A stretch of DNA of 64,000 nt from Candidatus Methylarchaceae archaeon HK02M2 (GCA_024256165.1 JAKLZG010000091.1:8045-72044); one strand, 5' to 3'. Shown: positions 26,636 through 36,351, numbered from the stretch's first letter. Notes: generated from the sequence alone by a model not told the origin. Numbers and translations are program-made.

Positions 26636-26677
26636 AACAAAGGTAAACAAGAGACGAACAAAGGTGAACAAGAGCTT
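26636..26677 (+). repeat. two tandem 21-nt units in an intergenic spacer
   Basis: aacaaaggtaaacaagagacg / aacaaaggtgaacaagagctt (18 of 21 identical). Confidence 0.6.
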
Positions 26678-26818
26678 ACCATAAGTAAAACAAGAAATCC
26701 TTGATTTAGTGGATAAATTCATTAGCCTAGAAAATGTTCATGGCTACATACCTATTGTGGGTTATTAATAAATGAGTCCAATAATAATAGATATCAGTTA
26801 TTTCTACAAATTAGGAAT

Positions 26819-27583
26819 ATGAAAAAGTTTGTAATTGATTTATCTAAAAGAGCTGGAAATTTTTTACTTATAAATTTTCGTAAAGATTCTGATCTTTTTA
26901 GATTAAGGGGAACTAGTAAAGAAATTGTCACGAAATATGATAAAATGTCAGACGAGATGATCTTAAAAGCTCTTATTAAGAAATTTCCAGAATATAATAT
27001 AATAACTGAAGAGAGTGGTATTAGAAATAAAAACTCTGAATTTACTTGGATTGTAGACTCATTAGATGGAAGTAGCAATTTCGCTGCTGGCAATCCATTT
27101 TTTTCAATATCTATCGCTCTTTTACATTATGATAAGCCAATACTAGGCGTTTCTTATGCTCCTTTTTTAAAAGAACTTTTTGTGGCTGAAGAAGGAAAAG
27201 GCTCTTTGTTGAATGGAAAAATCATACATGTATCAGATATCGAAAAACTTGAAAAAAGTTATTTTGTCTGGTGTGAAGGTGCTGGAAGTAATTTACGTAT
27301 GAGTAAAATTAACTCAGTTCTGCACCCGATAATAAAAGATTTACGTAAATTAGGTTCTGGTTCATTAGAATGCGCTTGGGTTGCTTCTGGTAGAGCAGAA
27401 GCTTATGTAACAACACAAATAGACCCCTGGGATGTCGCAGCAGGTGTTATATTAGTTTTAGAAGCTGGAGGAAAGGTTACAAATTTTAAAGGAGATGATT
27501 GGAAACATGTAAGAACTGATTTCATTTCTTCTAATACGAAAGTTCACAATGATATCCTTGAAATTATGAAAAATATAGAGTAA
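26819..27583 (+). CDS. suhB: inositol monophosphatase / archaeal FBPase-IMPase family protein
   Basis: EESG...WIVDSLDGSSNFAAGNPFFSISIAL and ...WDVAAG motifs. Confidence 0.8.
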   Translation: MKKFVIDLSKRAGNFLLINFRKDSDLFRLRGTSKEIVTKYDKMSDEMILKALIKKFPEYNIITEESGIRNKNSEFTWIVDSLDGSSNFAAGNPFFSISIALLHYDKPILGVSYAPFLKELFVAEEGKGSLLNGKIIHVSDIEKLEKSYFVWCEGAGSNLRMSKINSVLHPIIKDLRKLGSGSLECAWVASGRAEAYVTTQIDPWDVAAGVILVLEAGGKVTNFKGDDWKHVRTDFISSNTKVHNDILEIMKNIE

Positions 27584-27899
27584 CTACTCTATGAGTATCA
27601 GGTTCAGCTTTATCTTGAGAAGGCTGTTTAGTTTCAATGTTAGATTGACAAGTTTTGGCTTCACCTTTATCAACTTCTTTGCTCTTTGGTTTTAAAAGAA
27701 CCGCAATAACAATTAAAATACCAAGAAAGATGATGATTGTAAAAGTGTAACGAGTTAACGAATCTACTTTGTTAAAGTAAAATGGATTATCGTAAATTGT
27801 AAAAATTAGGGATATTATTCCAAAACCAATTAGAAACATACCAAATACGAACGTTCTCCAAAGATTTGATGATTTTTCCTTTATTCGTGAAATACACAT
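27564..27899 (-). CDS. small membrane protein, hypothetical
   Basis: 111 aa with two hydrophobic helices and a charged tail. No family recognised. Confidence 0.4.
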   Translation of the reverse strand: MCISRIKEKSSNLWRTFVFGMFLIGFGIISLIFTIYDNPFYFNKVDSLTRYTFTIIIFLGILIVIAVLLKPKSKEVDKGEAKTCQSNIETKQPSQDKAEPDTHRVVTLYFS

Positions 27900-28120
27900 T
27901 ATTTCATTTCTTAGTTGGTTACATTTTTAAAACTATGGTGTTATGTTTTTGTAATTTTCGCAGTCCGTATCGAGGTTGATTGAGGATTTGCTTTTACAAG
28001 TTTATTTTCTCAAAAGTATACACATAGTTAATATACACCATTTTGAGAAAAATGTAGGTATAAGAGAGAAGAATTATTTTTATAAAGATTTAATTTCATT
28101 CCTCTCTATTTTCTTCATAA

Positions 28121-28996
28121 ATGTTAAAGATAGAGTCAGATAGACTGGTTCCCGTTGACTGGGATTATTATACAAAAGAAATTAGCCGTGGGTTCAATCT
28201 AACTCTAAAGTGGATCGTTGCAAGAAATCTTCTCGAACTTACTAGATTGCTTACCAACCCATCAGATTGCCCTACATTCGCAAGATTATGGTATGGGGTT
28301 AAAGCCGAAGATATGGTTGTAAGACAACAAATGTTTGCTATGCAGACCATAGCTTCAACCATTGAACTAACTGAAAACTTCGCTGCGATGTGCTTTGCTT
28401 ACGCTGAAGCAGTTAAGAATGGGGCTAAATTTTTACCTTTACTCTTAAGAGACTTTGGCAACAAGAAGAAAGCAAAACAATATCGAGGCACAAGCATTAA
28501 TTGGTCTTTTGGCACAGCTAATAAACTTTTTAATGAAATGTTGAAGTCTGGAAATGCTTTGAGAAAGTATTTAGCTTGTCAAGACGAATCTTTAGGCGCC
28601 CTTGGATTTAAGAGAAATGTAATCAAAAAGATTGTTGAATTCAGGGAGAAATATGGAATTTGGTATAACAAATTCAAGCATACTAATTCTGTTTGGGCAT
28701 TCAAGGGACTTTTTAACGTTCCTGGAATTTTATCAATTCTTCATCGAATACCTGATCACCTTAAATGGTCAAACAAGAAAGTCACTTTCAAAGACGAACC
28801 TATCTTCGAATCGATCACAAAAGACGAAAGCGCAGTGCTAGGGATTAGAGTATCACACCTTCAAATAGACTCATTTCTTACTGCATATCAGAATCTTGAT
28901 GATGTAGCAGTTATATTGGGTCTCTTAGAAGATTTTTGGCAACCAATAAAGGAAAAACAACATAATGCTCTTTTTAGGACCACCATAAGTGAATAA
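28121..28996 (+). CDS. hypothetical protein (291 aa), orphan
   Basis: Long clean ORF, predicted mostly helical. No motif I can assign. Confidence 0.5.
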   Translation: MLKIESDRLVPVDWDYYTKEISRGFNLTLKWIVARNLLELTRLLTNPSDCPTFARLWYGVKAEDMVVRQQMFAMQTIASTIELTENFAAMCFAYAEAVKNGAKFLPLLLRDFGNKKKAKQYRGTSINWSFGTANKLFNEMLKSGNALRKYLACQDESLGALGFKRNVIKKIVEFREKYGIWYNKFKHTNSVWAFKGLFNVPGILSILHRIPDHLKWSNKKVTFKDEPIFESITKDESAVLGIRVSHLQIDSFLTAYQNLDDVAVILGLLEDFWQPIKEKQHNALFRTTISE

Positions 28997-29134
28997 TATG
29001 GTAATTGAAGTGTCAGAACTAAAGAACTTGGTCCATAATGCCATTAGGAAAACGATCAACAAGTTCAGGGAATATCCTTATCTCTTCAGGTCTTTCCGTT
29101 AACGCTTTATGTGCCGAAGGCACTCAAAGGGTTA

Positions 29135-29223
29135 TGCCGAGGGTGGGATTTGAACCCACGACACTCCGGTCTTCAGCCGGATGCTCTCCTTCGCCTTTTT
29201 AAATCAGGCTGAGCTACCTCGGC
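29135..29223 (-). tRNA. tRNA-Phe (anticodon GAA) with a ~15-nt intron in the D-loop
   Basis: Acceptor GCCGAGG/CCTCGGC with discriminator A. Anticodon arm TCCGG-CTGAAGA-CCGGA. T-arm GTGGG-TTCAAAT-CCCAC. D-arm GCTC AGCCTG[a tttaaaaaggcgaa]GGA GAGC. Removing ~15 nt (within 29188-29203) restores the canonical AGCCTGGGA D-loop. GCCT/AGGC can form the central helix of a BHB-like motif. Confidence 0.8.
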
Positions 29224-29309
29224 ACGGTTCTGGGGAGCTAGATTTACTTATTAAATTTATATTTTAAAGAACTAATATAAAATTCTTGTAAGTTTTTTAT
29301 TATATCAAT

Positions 29310-29735
29310 TTGATAAGAAGGTGTAGAAAGCAGGACTTAACTCAAGTATTAAATATTGAGAGAATTTCATTTAAATATCCATATAATCGCTGTACTTTTC
29401 TCTATTTCTTGATGAGAGAACCTGAAGGGTTTTCTGTATATGAAGAGAAAGGTCGCGTTGTAGGGTACATAATTACTTCTGTAATAGGTGATAAAGGCAC
29501 CATAATATCGATAGCTGTAATACCGGAACTCAGGAGAAGGGGTATCGGTAGTAATCTACTTAGAGAGAGCTTTAATTTCCTTTCTAAAAAGGTCAGAAAG
29601 GTAGATCTCCAGGTAAGGTCGAATAATCAAGGAGCTATCAATTTCTATAAGAAATTCGGTTTTAGAGAGGTCGGTCTAATTTGTAACTATTATCCAGATG
29701 GTATGGACGCGTTGGTTATGTCCAAAAATAATTAA
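29310..29735 (+). CDS. rimI: GNAT N-acetyltransferase, RimI-like
   Basis: GYIITSV...IISIAVIPELRRRGIGSNLL (the Q/RxxGxG/A motif) ...NQGAINFYKKFGF. Confidence 0.75.
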   Translation: MIRRCRKQDLTQVLNIERISFKYPYNRCTFLYFLMREPEGFSVYEEKGRVVGYIITSVIGDKGTIISIAVIPELRRRGIGSNLLRESFNFLSKKVRKVDLQVRSNNQGAINFYKKFGFREVGLICNYYPDGMDALVMSKNN

Positions 29736-30247
29736 AGGTATGTGGTAAGTAAGTAAGGATACTTTTTGTATAAGAGCTTTTCTAGACTCGTTCTAAGCTG
29801 AAGATCGACATCATCTTGATTAGATAAAAGGTTTAATGGCTTGTTGGGGTAAAGTATGGGTCCTTGAAGTGCTAGTTTACCAGTTATCTTATTGAAGGGT
29901 ACTGGTTTCGTACCAATTATCTTGCTTATCAGGCTCTCCAAGTTCCTATTATCACTGAACGCTTTTATCGTCTTAGCCTCAAGCTTTTTAGGGACTGGTC
30001 TAAAACCAAACTGATATGGCTTAAAACTATTTAGTACATCTTTATCATCAACTATATCAGAGATACCAAAACCTACCAATTCATATGGTTTAACCCGCTC
30101 CTCTTTTATGAACCAAACATCCTTTCCTTGTAAAACTATAGTGTCATAATATCCTCTTTGATCTCTCCTGACGAGGACATGCCATCCTCTCGGCTTCTTG
30201 TTATACCGTCTGAAGATCTCCTTTTTTATGTCGCTTGATGGTAGCAT
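29732..30247 (-). CDS. hypothetical protein (171 aa)
   Basis: Clean ORF. No recognisable motif. Confidence 0.45.
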   Translation of the reverse strand: MLPSSDIKKEIFRRYNKKPRGWHVLVRRDQRGYYDTIVLQGKDVWFIKEERVKPYELVGFGISDIVDDKDVLNSFKPYQFGFRPVPKKLEAKTIKAFSDNRNLESLISKIIGTKPVPFNKITGKLALQGPILYPNKPLNLLSNQDDVDLQLRTSLEKLLYKKYPYLLTTYL

Positions 30248-30304
30248 TAAATAAACTCCATTTAAGTTGTTTTTATCTTTTTAAGAAATTTTTTAATATA
30301 TTAT

Positions 30305-31276
30305 TCAGCTCAATTTCTGTAAGGCTTTAAGGCGCTCCACTATATTGGGGTGAGTTGAAAATAACTCTAGAATCTTATCCGTTGTGCTAAGCTTTCTCGA
30401 AATTATACCCTCAACAAGTTGTTGATCTGCCGAATAACCTGAAATCTTTGCTATATCTTGATAATCCTTCTCAGCCCTTTCTGGGTCTGCTATGAATAAG
30501 GATCGAAAGCTACTAGAAGAGCCTGCTTTTTGACGTGAACGACGCTTTATATTTGCGCTATAGTTAACGATCTTTGCCAGTGCCTCGGATAACTTACGAG
30601 CACCATCATCTACCACTGAGACACTATGCCTATCAGCGTAATACTCTCTTAATCTACTTAATCCTAAAACGAAAAGTGATAATATCCAATAAATTGCCAT
30701 ACAAACGATTCCTATTAATATAGTAGCACCCCCATCCCCATCTCTTCTACCACCACCAAACATACCTGAAAGCATTAGAGAATATCCTATAAAGTAAAAG
30801 ATTGCTGGTAAAACTGAGGCGAACATCATTATCTGAACATCCCTATGTTTAAGGTGACCTAGTTCATGTCCGATAACGGCCTCTACTTCTTCTTCTTCAA
30901 GCGTCTCCAATAAAGTCTCAGTAACTGCTACCTTCTTACCTGTTATAGGCGAACCATAAGCGAAAGCATTTGGGATAGGGATTTTTGCAAGCATTAGCTT
31001 CGGCATTTTTATTTTTGTTTTTTGACTGAGATTCCTGACCATGCTGTAGAGTTTTGGATTTCCACTTTCTGTAACTGGTTTGACTTTGTACATAGCATCA
31101 ATGATATAAGGTGCAATAAGCCATTGAATAAGATTGAAAGCAACTACTATTACTATCAGCGCAGTAATGTCCAACCCTCCCATAAAGGTCAGTATAATTC
31201 CGAAGAAGAGAGAAGAGAGGGCAATCAGGAAGGCTAGAGTACCTATCATGGATAAACGAAGTTTAAGGAGACTCAT
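30305..31276 (-). CDS. htpX: zinc metalloprotease HtpX (M48 family)
   Basis: Two N-terminal TM helices, HELGHLKHRD (HExxH), further TM helices, and a C-terminal STHPNIVERL. Confidence 0.9.
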   Translation of the reverse strand: MSLLKLRLSMIGTLAFLIALSSLFFGIILTFMGGLDITALIVIVVAFNLIQWLIAPYIIDAMYKVKPVTESGNPKLYSMVRNLSQKTKIKMPKLMLAKIPIPNAFAYGSPITGKKVAVTETLLETLEEEEVEAVIGHELGHLKHRDVQIMMFASVLPAIFYFIGYSLMLSGMFGGGRRDGDGGATILIGIVCMAIYWILSLFVLGLSRLREYYADRHSVSVVDDGARKLSEALAKIVNYSANIKRRSRQKAGSSSSFRSLFIADPERAEKDYQDIAKISGYSADQQLVEGIISRKLSTTDKILELFSTHPNIVERLKALQKLS

Positions 31277-31653
31277 TTAATCACCTATTGATAAAAAAGA
31301 CTTGTGTGTTATTATGATTTTTATTATTATCGATACTCAATAAATAGTTTATGGTTCTTCATCGAGAGAGCTTAAATAAATCTGTAAAAAAATGATTTAA
31401 ACAATAAATTTTTAAAGGTTAAATAGAAAGAACTTCATCCAAATAAGAAATAAAATAAGCAGTGCTTCAATATTATGATATACAAAGATAAATCAATTAT
31501 AGTAGGAGGGCTATGTGACCCTCTAAATGTTAGTCAATCTAAGTTTAAAGAGTCAAAAAAGATGGAAGATTATTTTGGAAGTAGAAGTATGACAATGATA
31601 TTTGAAATTTGTTACTTCGAGAGAATATACAATAAGTTGGTGTAACAATAGTA

Positions 31654-33576
31654 TTGGTGAATCTGAAAGAATCTAGTGAAGAAACTAAAAAAGAAATTAT
31701 GAAATTTCTAAAAACAAAATTAGTGGAAAAGGATTATAAAAAACTAGTCAGGATAAATAATACTAAACTATACCGATTCATTTCTAAGTATGTCGTACTT
31801 TGTAATCCTGATAAAGTCTTTGTTTGCACAGATTCACAAGAAGATATCCAATATATCAGAAAAACGGCAGTAAGAAATGGAGAAGAGAAGGAACTTAGCA
31901 TCGATGGACATACTATCCATTTTGATGGCTATTACGATCAGGCCAGAGATAAAAAAAATACCAAATTCCTTCTTCCTAAAAACGTCAATTTAGGCTCTCA
32001 TATAAACTGGATAGATAGGGATGAGGGGCTTAAAGAGATTCATACTATTCTAAAAAATATAATGCAGGGGCATGAGTTGTATGTTAGATTCTTCTGTTTA
32101 GGACCGAAAAATTCTGAATTCTCCATCCTCGCTGTTCAGCTCACCGATTCCAGCTACGTTGCCCATAACGAAGATCTGCTTTACAGGTCAGGATATGAGG
32201 AATTCAAACGATTGGATGATTCTGATGAATTCTTGAAGTTTGTACATTCACAAGGAGAGCTTGAAAATGGAGTAAGTAAAAACATCGACAAACGAAGGAT
32301 ATACATTGATACTCAAGAGGAAATAGTGTATAGCGTGAACACCCAATATGGTGGCAATACTATTGGACTTAAGAAATTGGCAATGCGTATAGCGATAAAT
32401 AGGGCATCAAAAGAAGGTTGGCTGACAGAACACATGTTTATCTTGGGAGTGCATGGCCCAAAAGGCAGGATAACTTATCTCACAGGGGCATTTCCCTCTC
32501 TCTGTGGAAAGACTTCTACTGCTATGATAGAAGGGGAGACAATAGTTGGAGATGATATAGCATATCTCAGAAAAAAGGGTGAAACGATCCATGCAGTCAA
32601 TGTAGAAAAAGGAGTATTTGGAATAATACAAGGTGTTAACTCCATAGACGATCCTGTTTTATGGAAGACACTTCATAAACCAGGTGAGATAATATTTTCA
32701 AATGTACTGGTTACTCAAGAGAAAGATGTCTATTGGATTGGTAAAAATGAAAACATCCCAGAAAGGGGTATCAATCACTCAGGAGAATGGACCTCTGGTA
32801 AGAAAGATGCTGAAGGTAACGAAATAACACCTTCACATAGAAATGCTCGCTTCACAGTTAATTTGAATCTTTTAGAGAATATGGACCAAAGAATTGACGA
32901 CCCTGATGGAGTTGAGGTTAGAGGGATAATTTATGGGGGACGGGATTCGGATACATGGGTTCCAGTAGAGGAGTCCTTCGACTGGGTACATGGTATAATA
33001 ACTAAAGGTGCATCGCTGGAGTCTGAAACTACAGCTGCTACCTTGGGAGAAATAGGCATCAGAAAATTAAATCCCATGTCTAATCTGGATTTTCTATCCA
33101 TATCCTTAGGCAAATATATTGAAAATAACCTGAATTTTGGTATTACCCTAAAAAACCCGCCTCTTATATTCTCTGTGAATTACTTTTTAAAATCCAGAAG
33201 TGGAATTTTCCTGAACGATAAAGCTGATAAGAGGGTCTGGCTTAAATGGATGGAATTACGTTCACATAAGGAAGTTGAAGCAATAAAAACACCTACTGGT
33301 CTGATACCAAAATATCGAGATCTAAAAAGACTATTTAAGGAAACGCTAGATAAAGACTATCCTAAAGAAGACTACATCAAACAATTTACATTAAGAATTC
33401 CAGAAAATTTAGCCAAGATCGACAGGGTCATGGATATTTACAGAACCAATGTCCCCGATGTTCCGAAAATATTATTTGAAGTACTGGAAGAGCAAAAGCA
33501 AAGGCTAAACAAGGCAAGGATACAATATGGGAGTTATATCTCGCCAGAGAAATTCTCTTCAAATAAAGAAGAATAA
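31654..33576 (+). CDS. pckG: phosphoenolpyruvate carboxykinase (GTP)
   Basis: GAFPSLCGKTSTAM (kinase-1a P-loop), GDDIAYLR, NARFTV, and ~640 aa length. TTG start. Confidence 0.9.
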   Translation: MVNLKESSEETKKEIMKFLKTKLVEKDYKKLVRINNTKLYRFISKYVVLCNPDKVFVCTDSQEDIQYIRKTAVRNGEEKELSIDGHTIHFDGYYDQARDKKNTKFLLPKNVNLGSHINWIDRDEGLKEIHTILKNIMQGHELYVRFFCLGPKNSEFSILAVQLTDSSYVAHNEDLLYRSGYEEFKRLDDSDEFLKFVHSQGELENGVSKNIDKRRIYIDTQEEIVYSVNTQYGGNTIGLKKLAMRIAINRASKEGWLTEHMFILGVHGPKGRITYLTGAFPSLCGKTSTAMIEGETIVGDDIAYLRKKGETIHAVNVEKGVFGIIQGVNSIDDPVLWKTLHKPGEIIFSNVLVTQEKDVYWIGKNENIPERGINHSGEWTSGKKDAEGNEITPSHRNARFTVNLNLLENMDQRIDDPDGVEVRGIIYGGRDSDTWVPVEESFDWVHGIITKGASLESETTAATLGEIGIRKLNPMSNLDFLSISLGKYIENNLNFGITLKNPPLIFSVNYFLKSRSGIFLNDKADKRVWLKWMELRSHKEVEAIKTPTGLIPKYRDLKRLFKETLDKDYPKEDYIKQFTLRIPENLAKIDRVMDIYRTNVPDVPKILFEVLEEQKQRLNKARIQYGSYISPEKFSSNKEE

Positions 33577-34201
33577 AAAAATCCTCAAAAAAGGCATACT
33601 CATCGCTATTGAGGGTATCGATGGAGCAGGCAAGACAACTCATGCAGAACTTTTAAAAGACTCATTACTGAAGGATGGATATTCCGTAACTCTTCTCCAT
33701 GAGCCAACGGAAGGGAAATGGGGAAAGAAAATCGCCGAACTTGCTAATGTAGGACTCGATAATATAAGCCCGAAAACCGAGTTTGAGTTGTTCTGTAAGG
33801 ATAGAATAGAGGATGTTGAGAATAATATTAATCCCGCTCTGGAAAGAAATGATATAGTTATAATGGATAGATATTACTTTTCAAATATTGCTTATCAAGG
33901 AGCTAAAGGACTTGATCCTGATTTTATAGAGAAGGAGAATATGTTTGCTCCTAAACCCGACCTTGTCGTTATTCTAGATGTGCAACCAGAAAATGCACTT
34001 TCAAGAATCCAAAAGAGATCTTCCAAACCGAATCTTTTTGAGAGGAAGCAGTACTTAACTAAAGTGAGAGATCTTTTTAAGCAGAGATTCTCAAAAAGAC
34101 CATACGTTCAAATAATCGAGGGTGAGCAACCTATTCATGTAGTCTCAATAAAGATTCGAGAATTTATACAACCTCTATTATCTAAACAAGAAAAGAAATA
34201 A
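33527..34201 (+). CDS. tmk: thymidylate kinase
   Basis: IAIEGIDGAGKTT P-loop, ...MDRYYFSNIAYQG. The only canonical start (ATG 33527) overlaps pckG by 50 nt. Confidence 0.85.
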   Translation: MGVISRQRNSLQIKKNKKILKKGILIAIEGIDGAGKTTHAELLKDSLLKDGYSVTLLHEPTEGKWGKKIAELANVGLDNISPKTEFELFCKDRIEDVENNINPALERNDIVIMDRYYFSNIAYQGAKGLDPDFIEKENMFAPKPDLVVILDVQPENALSRIQKRSSKPNLFERKQYLTKVRDLFKQRFSKRPYVQIIEGEQPIHVVSIKIREFIQPLLSKQEKK

Positions 34202-34208
34202 AAATTAT

Positions 34209-34412
34209 TTAATCACCTAACGACTCTAGAATATCTGCAACCTTTTTTTTGCCTAAAATTTCTATCAAGAGATTTCGAGATTCTTCTCCTTTCCATGAAT
34301 CAAGGATGTTTATAACCGAATCCCTTATTCCTGGGCTCAAGTCTTGGAGAGCCTCTTCTATAAGCTTCCTCCTCCCTTTGAGAAGGTCCTTAGGTCTAAA
34401 TACTTCTCCCAT
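34209..34412 (-). CDS. small hypothetical protein (67 aa)
   Basis: ORF only. Charged and helical-looking. Confidence 0.3.
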   Translation of the reverse strand: MGEVFRPKDLLKGRRKLIEEALQDLSPGIRDSVINILDSWKGEESRNLLIEILGKKKVADILESLGD

Positions 34413-34506
34413 ACTAATTTACAATATAATATTTCCTCACATATTTAATAAATGTCACCAAAAGCGCAACATACTTAAAAAACTCTAAGAGTTATACAAT
34501 TAAACT

Positions 34507-35799
34507 TTGAGATTTATTGCCGAAATAAGAGACCCCGTGCATGGGTATATTCATATAACAGATGTAGAGAAGGAGATAATCGATACGCCTATCTTTCAGA
34601 GGTTGCGAAGAATTCGTCAGCTTGCTGGGGCTAATTTGACTTACCCTAGTGCACAGCATACTCGTTTTGAGCATTCATTAGGTACAATGTACCTCGCTGG
34701 ACTGACAAGTACCTCTCTTATCTCAAAAACCCAGATCACTGATGAAGATGTGCAAGAGCTAAGGTTATCCGCATTACTTCATGATATAGGACATGGTCCT
34801 TTCTCTCATCTATTTGAAGAGGCTCTGACAGAAAAGAGAAATTTAACCCATGAAGACATCACTCAAAGAATAATCAAGGAGACAGAGATCAAGGATTTAA
34901 TCGAGAAATATGGCTTTAATTCAAGAGATATTTCGGAGCTTTCTTTAGGCCTATCTCTTAAGAGAGCCAAATTCATGAATGAAATAGTAGCAGGGGGCTT
35001 GAGCGTGGATATTATGGATTATCTACTCAGAGACTCGTACTTCACCGGTGTTGAGTATGGTAAGGTAGATGTACATCGACTTATAGATTCATTTGAAATA
35101 TTTGATGGCAAGTTAGCTATAGATCAAGCTGCTCTTTATGCATTTGAAGCGTTCAATATAGCTCGGTATGAGATGTTCAAGGCAGTATATTTCCATAGGA
35201 CCGTTCGTGCAACCCAAGCAATGTTGATCCGCTCGATAACCCTTGCCGATGATAAGTTGAAACTAACAGATATTAGCAATCTAAAAAGATTTCTTCAACT
35301 CACAGATGAAGTAACCCTCGAAAGGTTGATCGATTTAGATCCTTGTGGGAATAAAGAGCTTTATCAAGCGAAGCAACTAGCGATAGGTTATAGAGATAGA
35401 AAGTTGATCAAATGTGTATTTGAGAAGATAGTCCATAGAAAGGATCGATTCATAGAAAGGATTCTTAACCAGAAGGGTATAAGAGATAAAATTTCTATAG
35501 AAATTGCAGATGAAGCTGGGGTCAATCCAGACCTGATCTTTTTCGATGTTCCTACAACGCCTTCTGTACCTTACACGTCTTCACGTCAGTCTCTTTCTTC
35601 TATAACTTTGGTACATAAAACTAGTGAAGGGGCATCTTATGAGACTGTTCCTATTGAGGATTTAGCTTTGGTAGGGGCGATTATAGGGTATATGGACATA
35701 ATACGAATATACACACAAGCCGAATATAGATTAAAAGTGGAGAAAGCTGTAGAAGCTTTCTTCGGCAGGGAGGGCTATTCGACTAAGGTATCTATGTAA
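34507..35799 (+). CDS. HD-domain phosphohydrolase (dGTPase/SAMHD1-like superfamily)
   Basis: RFEHSLGTMYLAG ... LLHDIGHGPFSH ... DYLLRDSYFTGV. Confidence 0.85.
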   Translation: MRFIAEIRDPVHGYIHITDVEKEIIDTPIFQRLRRIRQLAGANLTYPSAQHTRFEHSLGTMYLAGLTSTSLISKTQITDEDVQELRLSALLHDIGHGPFSHLFEEALTEKRNLTHEDITQRIIKETEIKDLIEKYGFNSRDISELSLGLSLKRAKFMNEIVAGGLSVDIMDYLLRDSYFTGVEYGKVDVHRLIDSFEIFDGKLAIDQAALYAFEAFNIARYEMFKAVYFHRTVRATQAMLIRSITLADDKLKLTDISNLKRFLQLTDEVTLERLIDLDPCGNKELYQAKQLAIGYRDRKLIKCVFEKIVHRKDRFIERILNQKGIRDKISIEIADEAGVNPDLIFFDVPTTPSVPYTSSRQSLSSITLVHKTSEGASYETVPIEDLALVGAIIGYMDIIRIYTQAEYRLKVEKAVEAFFGREGYSTKVSM

Positions 35800-35803
35800 T
35801 AGA

Positions 35804-36316
35804 TTGGTGAAATTGACGGATTTCATAAAAGTAACAAAGACACGTAAGATGAGGGGATGGAAATGGGAGGATACTTTAGTTAAGCGAATACAGTCCTGTT
35901 ATTCGTATAAAGCATTTAGATTAGGTGGCTCAAGCCAAACACTACCAGATGTACTTGCTATATCTAATAGGTTCAGCAAGATACTGGTGATAGAAGCTAA
36001 GTCTGGCACAACGGACTACCTTGTTGTGAGGAGAGAGCAGATAGAGAGGTCTTTAAGGTTCACTCATACCTTTAAACTATACCCTAAAAGACATTTCATA
36101 TTGGCATTTAAATTTCTAAGAAAGAGAAGGTTGAAAAAAGATAATTACGACAAGAGAGAATTGAGGGAGTATTATAAAGAATTTAAGGTGAAGTTTAAGA
36201 AGGGTAAAAATGTGCCCGATATCACATGCACATACGATGGTTCAACTTATGCTATGTTAAAAGGAGAGAAAGAAAAAATAGATCTACCTGATTACAAGAT
36301 GCCTTTTCAAAAGTGA
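35804..36316 (+). CDS. hjc: Hjc-type (archaeal Holliday-junction resolvase-like) nuclease with basic C-terminal extension
   Basis: GWKWEDTLVKRI...FRLGGSSQTLPDVLAI...ILVIEAKSG follows the Hjc E...PD...ExK catalytic pattern. 170 aa with a K/R-rich tail. Confidence 0.6.
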   Translation: MVKLTDFIKVTKTRKMRGWKWEDTLVKRIQSCYSYKAFRLGGSSQTLPDVLAISNRFSKILVIEAKSGTTDYLVVRREQIERSLRFTHTFKLYPKRHFILAFKFLRKRRLKKDNYDKRELREYYKEFKVKFKKGKNVPDITCTYDGSTYAMLKGEKEKIDLPDYKMPFQK

Positions 36317-36351
36317 TAGTCTATATTTATATATCTTTAACTAAGTTGCAA

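Noticed and set aside
26488-26682. 64-aa minus-strand ORF in the spacer before the IMPase gene.
   Set aside because: It is encoded by the A/C-rich repeat tract, giving a low-complexity Cys/Phe/Leu-rich product with no SD or start context. I treat it as non-coding repeat sequence.
31475-31648. 57-codon ORF (MIYKDKSIIVGGLCDPLNV...) ending just before the pckG start; possible uORF or leader peptide.
   Set aside because: No SD-like box, no motif, and an AT-rich spacer where such ORFs arise by chance. It cannot be supported from sequence alone.
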